DNA of 64,000 nt, from NCBI GenBank assembly GCA_049517335.1, contig JBEKSD010000001.1:160032-224031 (forward strand), in the 5' to 3' direction. The notes beneath the pieces are model-generated. The model was not told the origin of the DNA and did no database searches. It saw only the letters and a list, made by a program, of their open reading frames with translations. The first letter of the stretch is position 1, and each line of letters begins with the position of its first letter. Both the position numbers and the translations under genes were made by a program. Source of the stretch: Candidatus Omnitrophota bacterium. GTDB lineage: Bacteria; Omnitrophota; Gorgyraeia; Gygaellales; Profunditerraquicolaceae. Positions 1 to 12,108 of this stretch are shown here, one piece after another.

Positions 1-1
1 T

Positions 2-403
2 ATGCCCGGAACTTTCGGCAGCTTAGCGGGGTTGCTGCTTTTTTATTACGTTAAAGACAGCTGGCGATTAAGTTTATTATTGGCTTTGAGCGTGACTGCG
101 CTGGGTTTTTTAATTTCGGGGAGAGCGGAAAAACTATTCGGAAGGAAAGACCCCAGTCGCATAGTGATAGATGAGGTAAGCGGGATGCTTTTGTGTCTTT
201 TGTTTATCCCGCATGATTTAAAATACGTAATTGCTGCCTTTTTCTTATTCCGTATATTTGATACCCTTAAGCCGTTCCCGGCCGCAAGGCTACAGGGTTT
301 AAAGGGAAGTTTAGGGATTATGATTGATGACATAATCGCGGCAATTTACGCCGGAGTTTTACTTCAGCTAGTTTTAAGGTTGGCTGCTTTTAAAGCTTCA
401 TAG
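2..403 (+). CDS. pgpA: Phosphatidylglycerophosphatase A (5' end probably outside the window)
   Basis: PGTFGS, DPSRIVIDEVSG, FRIFDTLKPFP and GIMIDDIIA motifs typical of PgpA. Confidence 0.9.
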   Translation: MPGTFGSLAGLLLFYYVKDSWRLSLLLALSVTALGFLISGRAEKLFGRKDPSRIVIDEVSGMLLCLLFIPHDLKYVIAAFFLFRIFDTLKPFPAARLQGLKGSLGIMIDDIIAAIYAGVLLQLVLRLAAFKAS

Positions 404-936
404 GTAGGGCCTATGGACGAAAGTGTACTCTTAAAAAGAGTAATCTTGGTTACTTGAAATTCCGAATTATCCAGCTTGAAATTTTTAAGGATTCTTTGTA
501 TTTCTTTCGCCAATTCTTTCCGGTTAGATGGAGAACGGGTCCGTCCGAGCGTAATGTGCGATGAAAAAGCGCGGCCGTCTTTCGGTATGCCCAATTTTTC
601 AATCCTGTCTTCTAACTCTTTAAAGATTTTTTTAGTTTCGTCAGCACCCATAACAATCCCCACCCATACCACTTTTAGCAGACTTAGTTTTGGGAAGGCT
701 CCGATGGAAGAAATTTTTATTGTATAGGGAGGGTAGTTATTCGTTACGCTGTCCAATATTTCAGAAACTTTCTTAAGCTGTTTATCTTCAATATCCCCTA
801 AAAACTTTAAGGTAAGATGTAGGTTTTCAGGGATAACCCATTTTACGTCGGCGTTCGTTTTCTTAAGTTGCTCCTCCAAGCCTGCTAATGCTTCTTTTAT
901 TTCTTTAGGAAGCTCAATTGCAATAAATGCTCTCAT
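364..936 (-). CDS. thpR: RNA 2',3'-cyclic phosphodiesterase (2H phosphoesterase, LigT/ThpR)
   Basis: MRAFIAI start (ATG at 936); two HxT motifs, HLTLKFLG and HITLGR. Confidence 0.9.
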   Translation of the reverse strand: MRAFIAIELPKEIKEALAGLEEQLKKTNADVKWVIPENLHLTLKFLGDIEDKQLKKVSEILDSVTNNYPPYTIKISSIGAFPKLSLLKVVWVGIVMGADETKKIFKELEDRIEKLGIPKDGRAFSSHITLGRTRSPSNRKELAKEIQRILKNFKLDNSEFQVTKITLFKSTLSSIGPTYEALKAANLKTS

Positions 937-988
937 ATTTGGATCATGGTCGCTCGTATTTTTGACGTGCTGCTCAAGGAAAAACACG

Positions 989-1468
989 TCAGCTTATAAA
1001 CGCAAGCAGTAACTTTAGTACACTCAGAACGGATTTGTTACGGATTAATCCTCTAGAACCTGAAAATTTAAACTTTTTACAGATTACATGATTTTTATTT
1101 GAAACTGCAATAAAAACTGTGCCTACTGGTTTTTGTGTAGTGCCGCCGCTGGGGCCGGCAATTCCGGTTATACTTACCCCAAAGTCGGTTTTGGCTATTT
1201 TTCTCACTGATTCGGCCATTTTCATAGCAGTTTTAGCTGACACTGCTCCATTTTTACGGATAACTTTTGAGGGGATTTTCAATATTGATTCTTTTACTTT
1301 ATTATCATAGGCTACCACGCCTAAAATAAAGTATTTTGAGCTACCGGAAAGATCGGTAAGCAGCTTGGAGAGCAGACCGCCGGTGCAGGACTCGGCAACT
1401 GATATAGTTTTGCTGCTATTTATCATAATTTTTTGTATTTGGCACGTAATTTTTGTCATAGTAAGCAT
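989..1468 (-). CDS. pncC: CinA C-terminal domain protein / NMN deamidase PncC (start could be 1459)
   Basis: AESCTGG, GSSKYF, GAVS, SITGIAGPSGG and PVGTV motifs. Confidence 0.85.
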   Translation of the reverse strand: MLTMTKITCQIQKIMINSSKTISVAESCTGGLLSKLLTDLSGSSKYFILGVVAYDNKVKESILKIPSKVIRKNGAVSAKTAMKMAESVRKIAKTDFGVSITGIAGPSGGTTQKPVGTVFIAVSNKNHVICKKFKFSGSRGLIRNKSVLSVLKLLLAFIS

Positions 1469-1490
1469 ATTATATTGCCACTTTGCGGTA

Positions 1491-1518
1491 TTGACAAGCT
1501 AAGTTTTTGTGTTATACT
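1491..1518 (+). promoter_or_regulatory. Sigma70-type promoter of the rib operon
   Basis: TTGACA (1491-1496), 16 bp spacer, TG-n-TATACT (1513-1518), directly upstream of the riboswitch. Confidence 0.7.
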
Positions 1519-1530
1519 ACTGCCAATAGA

Positions 1531-1694
1531 TTAATCTTCGGGGCAAGGTGTAAATCCTTACCGGCGGTTTAGCCCGCGAGTCCTGATGTAAAGTCGGGAC
1601 AGATCTGGTAGATTCCAGAGCCGATGGTTGCGCAGAAACGCACACCAAACCATCAAATTGGTTTGAGTGCAAAGTCCAGATGAGAGAAGATTAA
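1531..1694 (+). ncRNA. FMN (RFN) riboswitch aptamer
   Basis: P1 TTAATCTTC/GAAGATTAA; conserved blocks GGGGCAAGGTGTAAATCC, ACCGGCGGT, AGCCCGCGAG, AGATCTGGT..ATTCCAGAGCCGATGGT and AGTCCAGATGAGAGAAG; lies upstream of ribBA. Confidence 0.95.
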
Positions 1695-1706
1695 GCGGTT
1701 TCATAT

Positions 1707-1736
1707 ACCCGAAGATCCTCTTCGGGTTAATTATTA
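1707..1736 (+). terminator. Riboswitch expression-platform hairpin
   Basis: ACCCGAAGA-TCC-TCTTCGGGT followed by an AT-rich tail; its 5' arm CCCGAAGAT can alternatively pair with ATCTTCGGG (1534-1542) of P1. Confidence 0.6.
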
Positions 1737-1737
1737 T

Positions 1738-2955
1738 ATGAGCACATTTAACAGTATCCCAGAAATATTGGAAGATTTAAAAAACGGCAGGATGGTCATC
1801 GTAGTTGATGACGAGGACCGTGAGAACGAGGGGGACCTAATAATCCCTGCCTCATTCGCAAGGCCCGAACACATAAATTTCATGGCTAAATTCGGCCGCG
1901 GCCTTATTTGCGTACCGATGGAAGAAGAAAGGTTAAAAGATCTGAACCTTGAACCTATGCTTAAAGACAGTGCCAACAGCTTAAAAGAAGACCCTTTTAA
2001 AACGGGTTGGATGATTTCCGTTGATGCCAGGCACGGCATTACCACGGGTATCTCTACGCATGACCGATCCCGTACGATAGAAGTCCTCATTAACCCTAAT
2101 TCCAAGCCGGAAGATTTAATCCGCCCGGGACATATTTTTCCTTTAAGGGCGCGCCGCGGCGGCGTATTAGTCAGGGCAGGGCATACCGAAGCCGCAATTG
2201 ATTTTATGACGCTCTCTGGGCTCTATCCGGCAGGGGTTATTTGCGAAATCATGAATGATGACGGCACTATGGCCCGCTTCCCGGAGTTATTGGAGTTTTC
2301 AAGACAGCACAATTTAAAAATTTGCTCCATTACCGGCCTTATTGAATACCGCAGGCGCTTTGAAAAATTAATTGAGCGTGTTGCCGAGACGACCCTTCCG
2401 ACCGAATCCGGAAACTTCAGGTTAATCCTTTACCGCGACATGATTAATAAGAAAGTCCACACTGCTTTGGTGGCCGGAGACTTAAAAGGCCCACCCGTAT
2501 TAGTACGCGTCCATTCGGAATGCCTTACGGGAGATGTTTTCGGCTCATTAAGATGCGACTGCGGCAGGCAGTTGAGCGAAGCAATGAGAATAATCAGCAG
2601 GGAAAAGACAGGGGTAATACTTTATATGAACCAGGAAGGCAGGGGTATCGGCTTAGTTGATAAAATCCGCGCTTATAGCTTACAGGATAAAGGCATGGAT
2701 ACAGTTGAGGCAAATGTTGCCTTGGGGCATAAGGGGGACTTGCGGGATTACGGGATAGGCGCGCAAATGCTGGTAGATTTAGGGGTTAAAAATATCAGGC
2801 TGCTTACGAATAATCCGCGTAAGATTATCGGGTTAGAGGGTTACGGCTTAAAAGTCGTGGAAAGGGTTCCTCTTGAAATTGAACCGAACCCGTTAAATTA
2901 TAATTATTTAAAGGCCAAGAAAGAAAAGCTGGGCCATAATCTGAAAATAGATTAA
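1738..2955 (+). CDS. ribBA: Bifunctional DHBP synthase / GTP cyclohydrolase II
   Basis: [39 protein letters not shown] and LLTNNP. Confidence 0.97.
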   Translation: MSTFNSIPEILEDLKNGRMVIVVDDEDRENEGDLIIPASFARPEHINFMAKFGRGLICVPMEEERLKDLNLEPMLKDSANSLKEDPFKTGWMISVDARHGITTGISTHDRSRTIEVLINPNSKPEDLIRPGHIFPLRARRGGVLVRAGHTEAAIDFMTLSGLYPAGVICEIMNDDGTMARFPELLEFSRQHNLKICSITGLIEYRRRFEKLIERVAETTLPTESGNFRLILYRDMINKKVHTALVAGDLKGPPVLVRVHSECLTGDVFGSLRCDCGRQLSEAMRIISREKTGVILYMNQEGRGIGLVDKIRAYSLQDKGMDTVEANVALGHKGDLRDYGIGAQMLVDLGVKNIRLLTNNPRKIIGLEGYGLKVVERVPLEIEPNPLNYNYLKAKKEKLGHNLKID

Positions 2956-2969
2956 AAGGAGGAAATAAA

Positions 2970-3434
2970 ATGAAAATAACCGAAGGTAACCTGATGGCAA
3001 AAGGGAAAAAGTTTGCGATAGTTGCATCGCGCTTCAATGATTTTATGACCAAGGAACTGATTTCAGGGTGCACGGATACCTTAATAAGGCACGGCGCCGA
3101 AGATAAGGATATATCGGTCTCCCTGGTTCCCGGCGCATTTGAGATTCCTCTTGTTGCACAGAAACTAGCCGGCAACAAGGCAATTGACGCGGTTATATGT
3201 TTAGGCACGGTTATCCGCGGCTCAACCCCGCATTTTGATTATATTGCCGCCGAGGTTTCTAAAGGCATAGCTAAAGTATCCCTGGAATCAGGTGTGCCGG
3301 TAATTTTCGGAATCATTACCGCCGATACTATTGAGCAGGCCATTGAACGAGCCGGAACCAAAGACGGGAACAAAGGAAAAGACGCGGCAGTCAGCGCTAT
3401 TGAGATGGTTAATCTTATGGCTCAACTTAAATAA
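2970..3434 (+). CDS. ribH: 6,7-dimethyl-8-ribityllumazine synthase
   Basis: [22 protein letters not shown] and GNKG. Confidence 0.97.
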   Translation: MKITEGNLMAKGKKFAIVASRFNDFMTKELISGCTDTLIRHGAEDKDISVSLVPGAFEIPLVAQKLAGNKAIDAVICLGTVIRGSTPHFDYIAAEVSKGIAKVSLESGVPVIFGIITADTIEQAIERAGTKDGNKGKDAAVSAIEMVNLMAQLK

Positions 3435-3442
3435 GCTACCCA

Positions 3443-3859
3443 ATGAGAAAACGGACACAAGCAAGGGAATTTGCCCTGCAAATTCTCTATCAAATTGATA
3501 TTACTTCTGATAGCACGGATGCGGCTTTAGATAATTTCTGGCAATCGCATTTAGGAGAGGATATCCAGGATGATTTGAAGCAATTTACCTCTGAACTTGT
3601 CAGGGGGGTGAGGGAGAATCTGGCAACTATAGATGAAAAAATATCCAAATATGCGGCTAATTGGCATTTAAAACGCATGGCAGTAGTGGACAGGAATATA
3701 CTCCGGCTGGGAACTTGCGAATTAATTACCCGTGAAGATATCCCGCCCAAGGTAGCTATTAATGAAGCAGTGGAGTTGGCCAAAAAATATTCGGGTATTG
3801 AAGCAGGCAAATTTGTCAATGCCATCCTTGACAAGATAAAACTGGAAAAAGAGCAATGA
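3443..3859 (+). CDS. nusB: Transcription antitermination factor NusB
   Basis: RTQAREFALQILYQ, DRNILRL, INEAVELAKKY and FVNAILD. Confidence 0.96.
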   Translation: MRKRTQAREFALQILYQIDITSDSTDAALDNFWQSHLGEDIQDDLKQFTSELVRGVRENLATIDEKISKYAANWHLKRMAVVDRNILRLGTCELITREDIPPKVAINEAVELAKKYSGIEAGKFVNAILDKIKLEKEQ

Positions 3860-4680
3860 AATCCGCCGATTTACACCTTCACACCGTCTTTTCAGACGGT
3901 ACCTATACCCCGCAGGAATTGGTAAGAAAAAGTAAAAAAGCCGGACTTGACACGATTGCGGTGACTGACCATGACACAATCGGCGGTATTGAACCGGCAA
4001 TGGATGTAGGTAGGATTGAAGGATTGGAAGTCTTATCCGGCATAGAGTTAAGTGCGGAATACTTAGAAAAAGAAATCCACATCCTCGGCTATTTAATTGA
4101 TTATAAATCCCCGAAACTCAAAGCCCAACTTGATAAATTAAAGGATAACCGTATTGAGCGTATTTACAAAATTATTGCTAAATTGAAAGAGGAAGCAGGC
4201 CTTGATTTAAATCCCGGAATTGTTTTTGATATTGCCAAAGGAGGGGTTATCGGCAGGCTACATATTGCACGGGCAATGGTAAAAGAGGGTTTAGCCGGTT
4301 CTGTGGCACAAGCTTTCCAAAAATACATCGGCGATAAATGCCCCGCATATGTTTTAGGTTTTAAATTCACCCCCGCGCAGGCAATCAAATTAATTAAGGA
4401 TGCCGCAGGCGTGCCGATACTGGCGCATCCGTATATCATTAATGACGATAATTTAATTTTAGAATTCGTAAAAGACGGGCTTATGGGCCTTGAAGCTTAT
4501 TATCCTGAGCACACCCAGGGCATGGTAAATTTCTATGTTGATTTCTGTAAGAAAAATAATTTACTCATTACCGGAGGCTCGGACTGCCATGGTTCGGCTA
4601 AGCCCGAAGTGAAGATCGGTTCGGTTAAAATACCTTATGAAATGGTTGATAAACTAAAAGAAGCAAGGCAAAGGCTATGA
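3856..4680 (+). CDS. PHP-domain phosphoesterase (TrpH/YciV-like)
   Basis: DLHLHTVFSDG, AVTDHD, GIELS, HILGY, LAHP and GGSDCHG. Confidence 0.9.
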   Translation: MKSADLHLHTVFSDGTYTPQELVRKSKKAGLDTIAVTDHDTIGGIEPAMDVGRIEGLEVLSGIELSAEYLEKEIHILGYLIDYKSPKLKAQLDKLKDNRIERIYKIIAKLKEEAGLDLNPGIVFDIAKGGVIGRLHIARAMVKEGLAGSVAQAFQKYIGDKCPAYVLGFKFTPAQAIKLIKDAAGVPILAHPYIINDDNLILEFVKDGLMGLEAYYPEHTQGMVNFYVDFCKKNNLLITGGSDCHGSAKPEVKIGSVKIPYEMVDKLKEARQRL

Positions 4681-5771
4681 TAAAGAAACACGAATATTTC
4701 ATGAATTTGGCTTATGAACTTGCCCGTAAAGGCAGGGGCGAAACTTCTCCTAACCCTAATGTGGGAGCAGTGGTAGTTAAAGCAGGCAGGGTTATCGGTA
4801 GGGGATACCATAAGAAGGCAGGGGCTCCTCATGCCGAGATTCTAGCTTTGGAGGATGCAGGCAGTAAAGCAAAAGGAGCTGTTCTTTATGTTACCTTAGA
4901 GCCCTGCGCGCATTTCGGCCGTACCCCGCCCTGCGTGGACACGATAATTAAAAGCGGAATAAAAAAAGCCATCGTAGGTATGGTTGACCCTAACCCGCTT
5001 ACCAACGGCCGGGGAATTGCCAAGATGAGAGAGTATGGCATAACGGTGAGAGTAGGTTTTCTGGAGGATAAGTTAAGAAAACTGAATGAAGTCTTCATTA
5101 AGTATGTTACCCGGAAAATCCCTTTTGTTACGGTGAAAATTGCCCAATCGCTTGACGGAAAAATCGCCACTAAAACGGGAGATTCCAAGTGGATTACTTC
5201 CGATAAATCCCGCGCTTATGCGCACCGGATGAGAGCTGATTTTGATGCGATTATGGTTGGGGTAAATACGGTTTTAAGGGATAATCCCAAATTGGATGCC
5301 TGGTTTGCAAAGAAACATCCGATTAAAATCGTAACCGACAGCCACTTAAGCACGCCGGAAAATGCCGCTATTTTTTCGGGTAACAGTCCGGTCATAATTG
5401 CGACTATCCCTGCGGTCGCGGGCCAGGAAACGGATAACCGCAATATCCTCTCCCAAAAAGCAAAGATTCTGGAGGTAAAAGAAAAATCCGGCGAGGTCAA
5501 TTTAAAGGATATGATGAAGAAACTCGGTGCAATGGAAATAACTAGTATTATCGTTGAGGGGGGCGGCACTTTAATAGGTTCTTTATTTGATGAAGGGTTG
5601 GTTGACCGGGTATTATTTTTTATCAGCCCGAAGATTATCGGAGGCAAAGAATCTTTAAGCTCCGTCATGGGGCGGGGGATTTCGCGCATCGACAGCGCGA
5701 TTAAAATTAGGAATGTAGCTTTGAGGCATTTAGGGGAAGATATTTTAATCGAAGGGGATGCAGGATACTAA
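4677..5771 (+). CDS. ribD: Riboflavin biosynthesis deaminase/reductase RibD
   Basis: PNPNVGA, HAE, TLEPCAHFGRTPPC, SLDGKIA and VEGGG. Confidence 0.97.
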   Translation: MIKKHEYFMNLAYELARKGRGETSPNPNVGAVVVKAGRVIGRGYHKKAGAPHAEILALEDAGSKAKGAVLYVTLEPCAHFGRTPPCVDTIIKSGIKKAIVGMVDPNPLTNGRGIAKMREYGITVRVGFLEDKLRKLNEVFIKYVTRKIPFVTVKIAQSLDGKIATKTGDSKWITSDKSRAYAHRMRADFDAIMVGVNTVLRDNPKLDAWFAKKHPIKIVTDSHLSTPENAAIFSGNSPVIIATIPAVAGQETDNRNILSQKAKILEVKEKSGEVNLKDMMKKLGAMEITSIIVEGGGTLIGSLFDEGLVDRVLFFISPKIIGGKESLSSVMGRGISRIDSAIKIRNVALRHLGEDILIEGDAGY

Positions 5772-5774
5772 AAG

Positions 5775-6341
5775 ATGTTTAGCGGTATTGTTGAAGAATT
5801 ATGTTGCGTGAATAATGTTTACCGCAGCGCCAAGGCAGCGCGGATAACCATTGGCTCCAAACTGGCCGTAGAGGATACGGTAATTGGAGATAGTATTTCC
5901 GTAAATGGCGTATGCCTTACCGTAGTTGAGAAATCAAAAGACTCGTTGACCTTTGAAGCCATGCCTGAAACATTAAAGATAAGTAATCTTGGGCAGATAG
6001 GACAGGGGGATAAAGTAAATACGGAGCGCGCTTTAAAAATAGGGGACAGGCTGGGTGGGCATTTTGTTACCGGACATATTGATTGCAGCGGATTAATTCG
6101 CCGGAAGTATTATTTGGATAATAACCTATGTTTTGATATAGCTGTTCCGCAGGAATTTATGCAATATGTTATCCTGAAAGGCTCAATCGCAATTGATGGG
6201 ATCAGCCTTACAATTACGAATAGAAAATCGGGTATATTCAGTGTTTATATTATTCCTCATACCTTCAAGAATACAACGCTCGGGATTAAAGGCCCATCTG
6301 ATAAGGTCAATATTGAATTTGATATCCTCGCCAAAAGGTAA
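5775..6341 (+). CDS. ribE: Riboflavin synthase (alpha type)
   Basis: MFSGIVE, GDSISVNGVCLTV, GGHFVTGHID and KGSIAIDGISLT. Confidence 0.95.
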   Translation: MFSGIVEELCCVNNVYRSAKAARITIGSKLAVEDTVIGDSISVNGVCLTVVEKSKDSLTFEAMPETLKISNLGQIGQGDKVNTERALKIGDRLGGHFVTGHIDCSGLIRRKYYLDNNLCFDIAVPQEFMQYVILKGSIAIDGISLTITNRKSGIFSVYIIPHTFKNTTLGIKGPSDKVNIEFDILAKR

Positions 6342-6373
6342 ACCTAACTTTAAGTTAACATAACTTGAAGTTA

Positions 6374-6402
6374 TTGCTTAATACTTTAATTTCTGATATA
6401 CT
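6374..6402 (+). promoter_or_regulatory. Putative promoter of tRNA-Pro and the downstream genes
   Basis: TTGCTT, 17 bp spacer, TG-n-TATACT. Confidence 0.5.
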
Positions 6403-6435
6403 GGTTAAAATTTGAATAATGCTATGAAGATGCAA

Positions 6436-6510
6436 CGGGGCGTGGCTCAGTTTGGCTAGAGCGCAGCGTTCGGGACGCTGAGGTCACAGGTTCAAGTCCT
6501 GTCGCCCCGA
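6436..6510 (+). tRNA. tRNA-Pro(CGG), CCA not encoded
   Basis: Cloverleaf: acceptor CGGGGCG/CGCCCCG, anticodon arm CAGCG-TTCGGGA-CGCTG, T-arm ACAGG-TTCAAGT-CCTGT. Confidence 0.95.
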
Positions 6511-6520
6511 GTTAATTCTT

Positions 6521-6793
6521 ATGAAAAAGCGGCTTCATGTGTTCTACAGTGGCAATGTTCAGGGAGTGGGATTCCGTTTTACCGTTTTAGCCATTGCCGG
6601 CGACTTAGGCGTTTGCGGCTGGGTAAAAAATTTAGCCGATGGAAGGGTCGAGCTGGTAGCGGAATCAGAAGAAAGAATGCTTGAGGCATTCTTTGAGCGC
6701 ATAAAGAAAGATTTCTCGCCTTACATAAGGGGCACCGATATTGAGTGGTTGCCCGCGAGGAGCGAATTCAAAGATTTTGGAATAGAATTTTAG
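6521..6793 (+). CDS. acyP: Acylphosphatase
   Basis: GNVQGVGFR and [12 protein letters not shown]. Confidence 0.93.
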   Translation: MKKRLHVFYSGNVQGVGFRFTVLAIAGDLGVCGWVKNLADGRVELVAESEERMLEAFFERIKKDFSPYIRGTDIEWLPARSEFKDFGIEF

Positions 6794-6804
6794 GCCCTAC
6801 TTAA

Positions 6805-9286
<2,482 letters not shown>

Positions 9287-9290
<4 letters not shown>

Positions 9291-9907
9291 TACTTAAGAT
9301 TATTCCCGTAGGCGCAATGGAAGCGAATTGTTATATTCTTGCTTCCGGCAAAGGCTCAAAGGCCGTAATAATAGACCCCGGGGGCGAAGCGGATAAGATT
9401 TTCAGCGTCCTTAAGCAACACCATTTAAGCGCAGGTCTTGTTGTTAATACGCACGGCCATTATGACCATATCGGCTGTGACGACAAATTCGGCGTGCCGG
9501 TTTATATACATAAAACGGACTTACCGATGCTGAAAGACCCAAAGCTTAATTTTTCCGCTTTTTTCTCCGTTTCTTATAATGTAGAATCTGAAATCCTGGC
9601 TTTAGAAGAGGGCGAGGTTATCAGCTTAGGCGGTATTAGTTTGAAGGTTTTGCATATCCCGGGGCATACCCCCGGAGGCATTGCTTTAGTGCTGATGGAT
9701 AAAAAAGAAAAGATGGTTTTTACCGGCGACACTCTCTTTTGTCAGGGTATAGGCCGTTCGGACTTGGAAGGCGGTAACGGCGATTTATTGGTTAAATCAA
9801 TCAGGGAAAAACTATTGGTCTTACCGCCCGATACCATCGTATATCCAGGGCACGGAGAGCCTTCAACGATAAAAGCAGAAAAGAATAATCCCTATTTAAA
9901 TGCGTGA
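9287..9907 (+). CDS. MBL-fold metallo-hydrolase (glyoxalase II/YcbL-like)
   Basis: THGHYDHIG, PGHTPG, FTGDTLF and YPGHG. Confidence 0.9.
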
Positions 9908-10787
9908 GCTCATTGATGCGTTTTTAAATTATCTTTCGGTTGAGAGGGGGCTTGCAAATAATACAATAATCTCCTATCGCAAGGACCTTAATTTTTATAT
10001 GGATTTCCTTAGCGTAAACTATATTAAGGCTTTATCCGGGATTAAAAGGGATGATGTTACGAATTTTATGTTTTCGCAAAAAGCCAAAGGGATTGCGGAG
10101 AATTCAATTGCAAGGCGGTTGGCTGCGATAAGGATGTTTCACAGGTTCCTAACAAGGGAGAGAATTTCCAATTCGGACCCTACGGCTATGGTGGATTCGC
10201 CTAAGTTATGGAAGAAAGTGCCCGACGCGCTTAGTTTAGCCGAGGTTGAAGCATTAATCGCCCAGCCGAATATCCGCAACAGGCAGGGCTTAAGGGATAG
10301 GGCAATACTGGAGACGCTTTATGCCACGGGAATGCGGGTTTCTGAAGCGGTAAACCTGAAATTTGACGATGTAAATCTGGATATCGGTTTCCTGCGCTGT
10401 ACGGGGAAGGGGAATAAAGAAAGAGTGGTGCCTATCGGCTCAAAGGCGATTAACAGCATTAAGCGCTATCTTCAGGACAGCCGAACGCACTTTTTAAAAA
10501 ATCAAAAATCCGAATTCCTCTTCTTAAACCGTTTCGGTAAAAAAATATCCCGGCAGTCATTATGGAAGATTTTAAAAAGATACGCCAAAGAGGCGAAGAT
10601 AAATAAACCCATAAGGCCGCATATATTAAGGCATTCGTTTGCTACCCATTTATTGGAGAGGGGAGCGGACCTGCGTTCGGTGCAGGAGATGCTTGGGCAT
10701 TCAAATATTTCAACTACCCAGATTTATACGCATATAGACAAAAACAGGCTTAAAACAATACACAAACAATTCCATCCGAGGCCGTAA
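9900..10787 (+). CDS. xerD: Site-specific tyrosine recombinase XerD
   Basis: LYATGMRVSE, GKGNKER, HILRHSFATHLL, LGHSNISTTQIYTH and C-terminal HPR. Confidence 0.92.
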   Translation: MRELIDAFLNYLSVERGLANNTIISYRKDLNFYMDFLSVNYIKALSGIKRDDVTNFMFSQKAKGIAENSIARRLAAIRMFHRFLTRERISNSDPTAMVDSPKLWKKVPDALSLAEVEALIAQPNIRNRQGLRDRAILETLYATGMRVSEAVNLKFDDVNLDIGFLRCTGKGNKERVVPIGSKAINSIKRYLQDSRTHFLKNQKSEFLFLNRFGKKISRQSLWKILKRYAKEAKINKPIRPHILRHSFATHLLERGADLRSVQEMLGHSNISTTQIYTHIDKNRLKTIHKQFHPRP

Positions 10788-10788
10788 A

Positions 10789-12108
10789 ATGAAAGAATAC
10801 CTTAAGAAATTATCCAATGAAATGCAGGGTATAATCCGGCTGGCCGCAGATACCGCCAAAAAGAATAACCTGCGTGCTTATCTTGTGGGCGGATTCGTCA
10901 GAGACCTAATTTTAAATGCGGATAATCTTGATCTTGATATTGTTGTTGAGGGCGACGGCATAAAATTTGCCGAAGAATTAAGCGCCCTTTTGGGCCTAAA
11001 GTTGATCCGTAATAAGAAATTCGGCACAGCCACAATAGCGCTTGGGGTGCATTTAAAAGTTGATATAGCCAGCGCAAGGAGCGAAATCTATCCGTATCCC
11101 GCAAGCTTACCCGTTGTGAAGGCGGGAACCTTAAGAGAGGATTTATTCAGGAGGGATTTTACGATTAACGCGATGGCTATAAGTATTAATCCTTCTGATT
11201 TCGGCGCCTTGATTGATTATTTTTCCGGTAAGTCTGATTTAGCTGCCGGTAGGATCAGGGTCTTGCATGATTTAAGTTTTATTGATGACCCCACGCGGAT
11301 ACTGCGTGGCATCCGCTTTGAGCAGCGCTATGATTTTAAAGTCGAGCCCCATACGTTAAGCCTTTTAAAAGATGCAGTCAAACAAGGAAGCTTAAGCAGA
11401 GTAAGCCCACATAGAATACGCGATGAGTTAATCCTGATATTTAAAGAAAAAGACCCGCTAAAAGAAATCAGGCGCATCAGCCGTCTTACGGGATTTGATT
11501 TCATACATAAGAAAATGGCCGTTTCTTTAAAAACTTATAATTTACTAAGTTTTGTGCAGCAGGAGATTAACTGGTTTAGTGAAACCTATCCTCGTCACCG
11601 GCGACTGGATATCTGGCTTATTTATTTTATGGCGCTGCTTGATAAACTCTCATCAAAAGAAACGCAAGGGCTTTGTAAGAAATTCGCTCTTAGGAGAGGG
11701 GAAGAAATAAGGATACTCAGCTTTAAAAGTACCGAATCCCGACTTCCATCCGGCCTTAATAAAAAAGGTCTGCTTTCTTCAGAGATATTTTATATGCTTG
11801 AGCCGTTAAGTTATGAAGTCATAATTTTACTGCTGGCAAAATATAAAACCTCTAAACTCCTGAAGAATATCAAAGTATTTTTTGACGCCCTAAACGGCAC
11901 GCGCATATTTACTTCCGGCCATGACCTGCGCAGGCTTGGGGTAACGCCGGGGCCGGCATACCAGGAATTATTCGCCAAGGTGCTGGAAGCTAAACTCAAC
12001 GGAAAAGTTTCCACTAAAATAGAAGAATTGGAATTAATCAGGAAGTTGGTTAAGCAAAACAAAAGACAGAATAAGAAAAGGGAGTTGATCTATGGCGCGA
12101 CGGGATAA
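10789..12108 (+). CDS. cca: Class II tRNA nucleotidyltransferase (CCA- or A-adding type)
   Basis: VGGFVRD..DLD, DLFRRDFTINAMA and DDPTRILRGIRF. Confidence 0.85.
   Translation: MKEYLKKLSNEMQGIIRLAADTAKKNNLRAYLVGGFVRDLILNADNLDLDIVVEGDGIKFAEELSALLGLKLIRNKKFGTATIALGVHLKVDIASARSEIYPYPASLPVVKAGTLREDLFRRDFTINAMAISINPSDFGALIDYFSGKSDLAAGRIRVLHDLSFIDDPTRILRGIRFEQRYDFKVEPHTLSLLKDAVKQGSLSRVSPHRIRDELILIFKEKDPLKEIRRISRLTGFDFIHKKMAVSLKTYNLLSFVQQEINWFSETYPRHRRLDIWLIYFMALLDKLSSKETQGLCKKFALRRGEEIRILSFKSTESRLPSGLNKKGLLSSEIFYMLEPLSYEVIILLLAKYKTSKLLKNIKVFFDALNGTRIFTSGHDLRRLGVTPGPAYQELFAKVLEAKLNGKVSTKIEELELIRKLVKQNKRQNKKRELIYGATG

Noticed and set aside
9900-10787. Tyrosine recombinase near tRNA-Pro as a possible prophage or island integrase
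   Set aside because: Length and motifs match housekeeping XerD, the neighbours are core genes, and I saw no duplicated tRNA 3' end.
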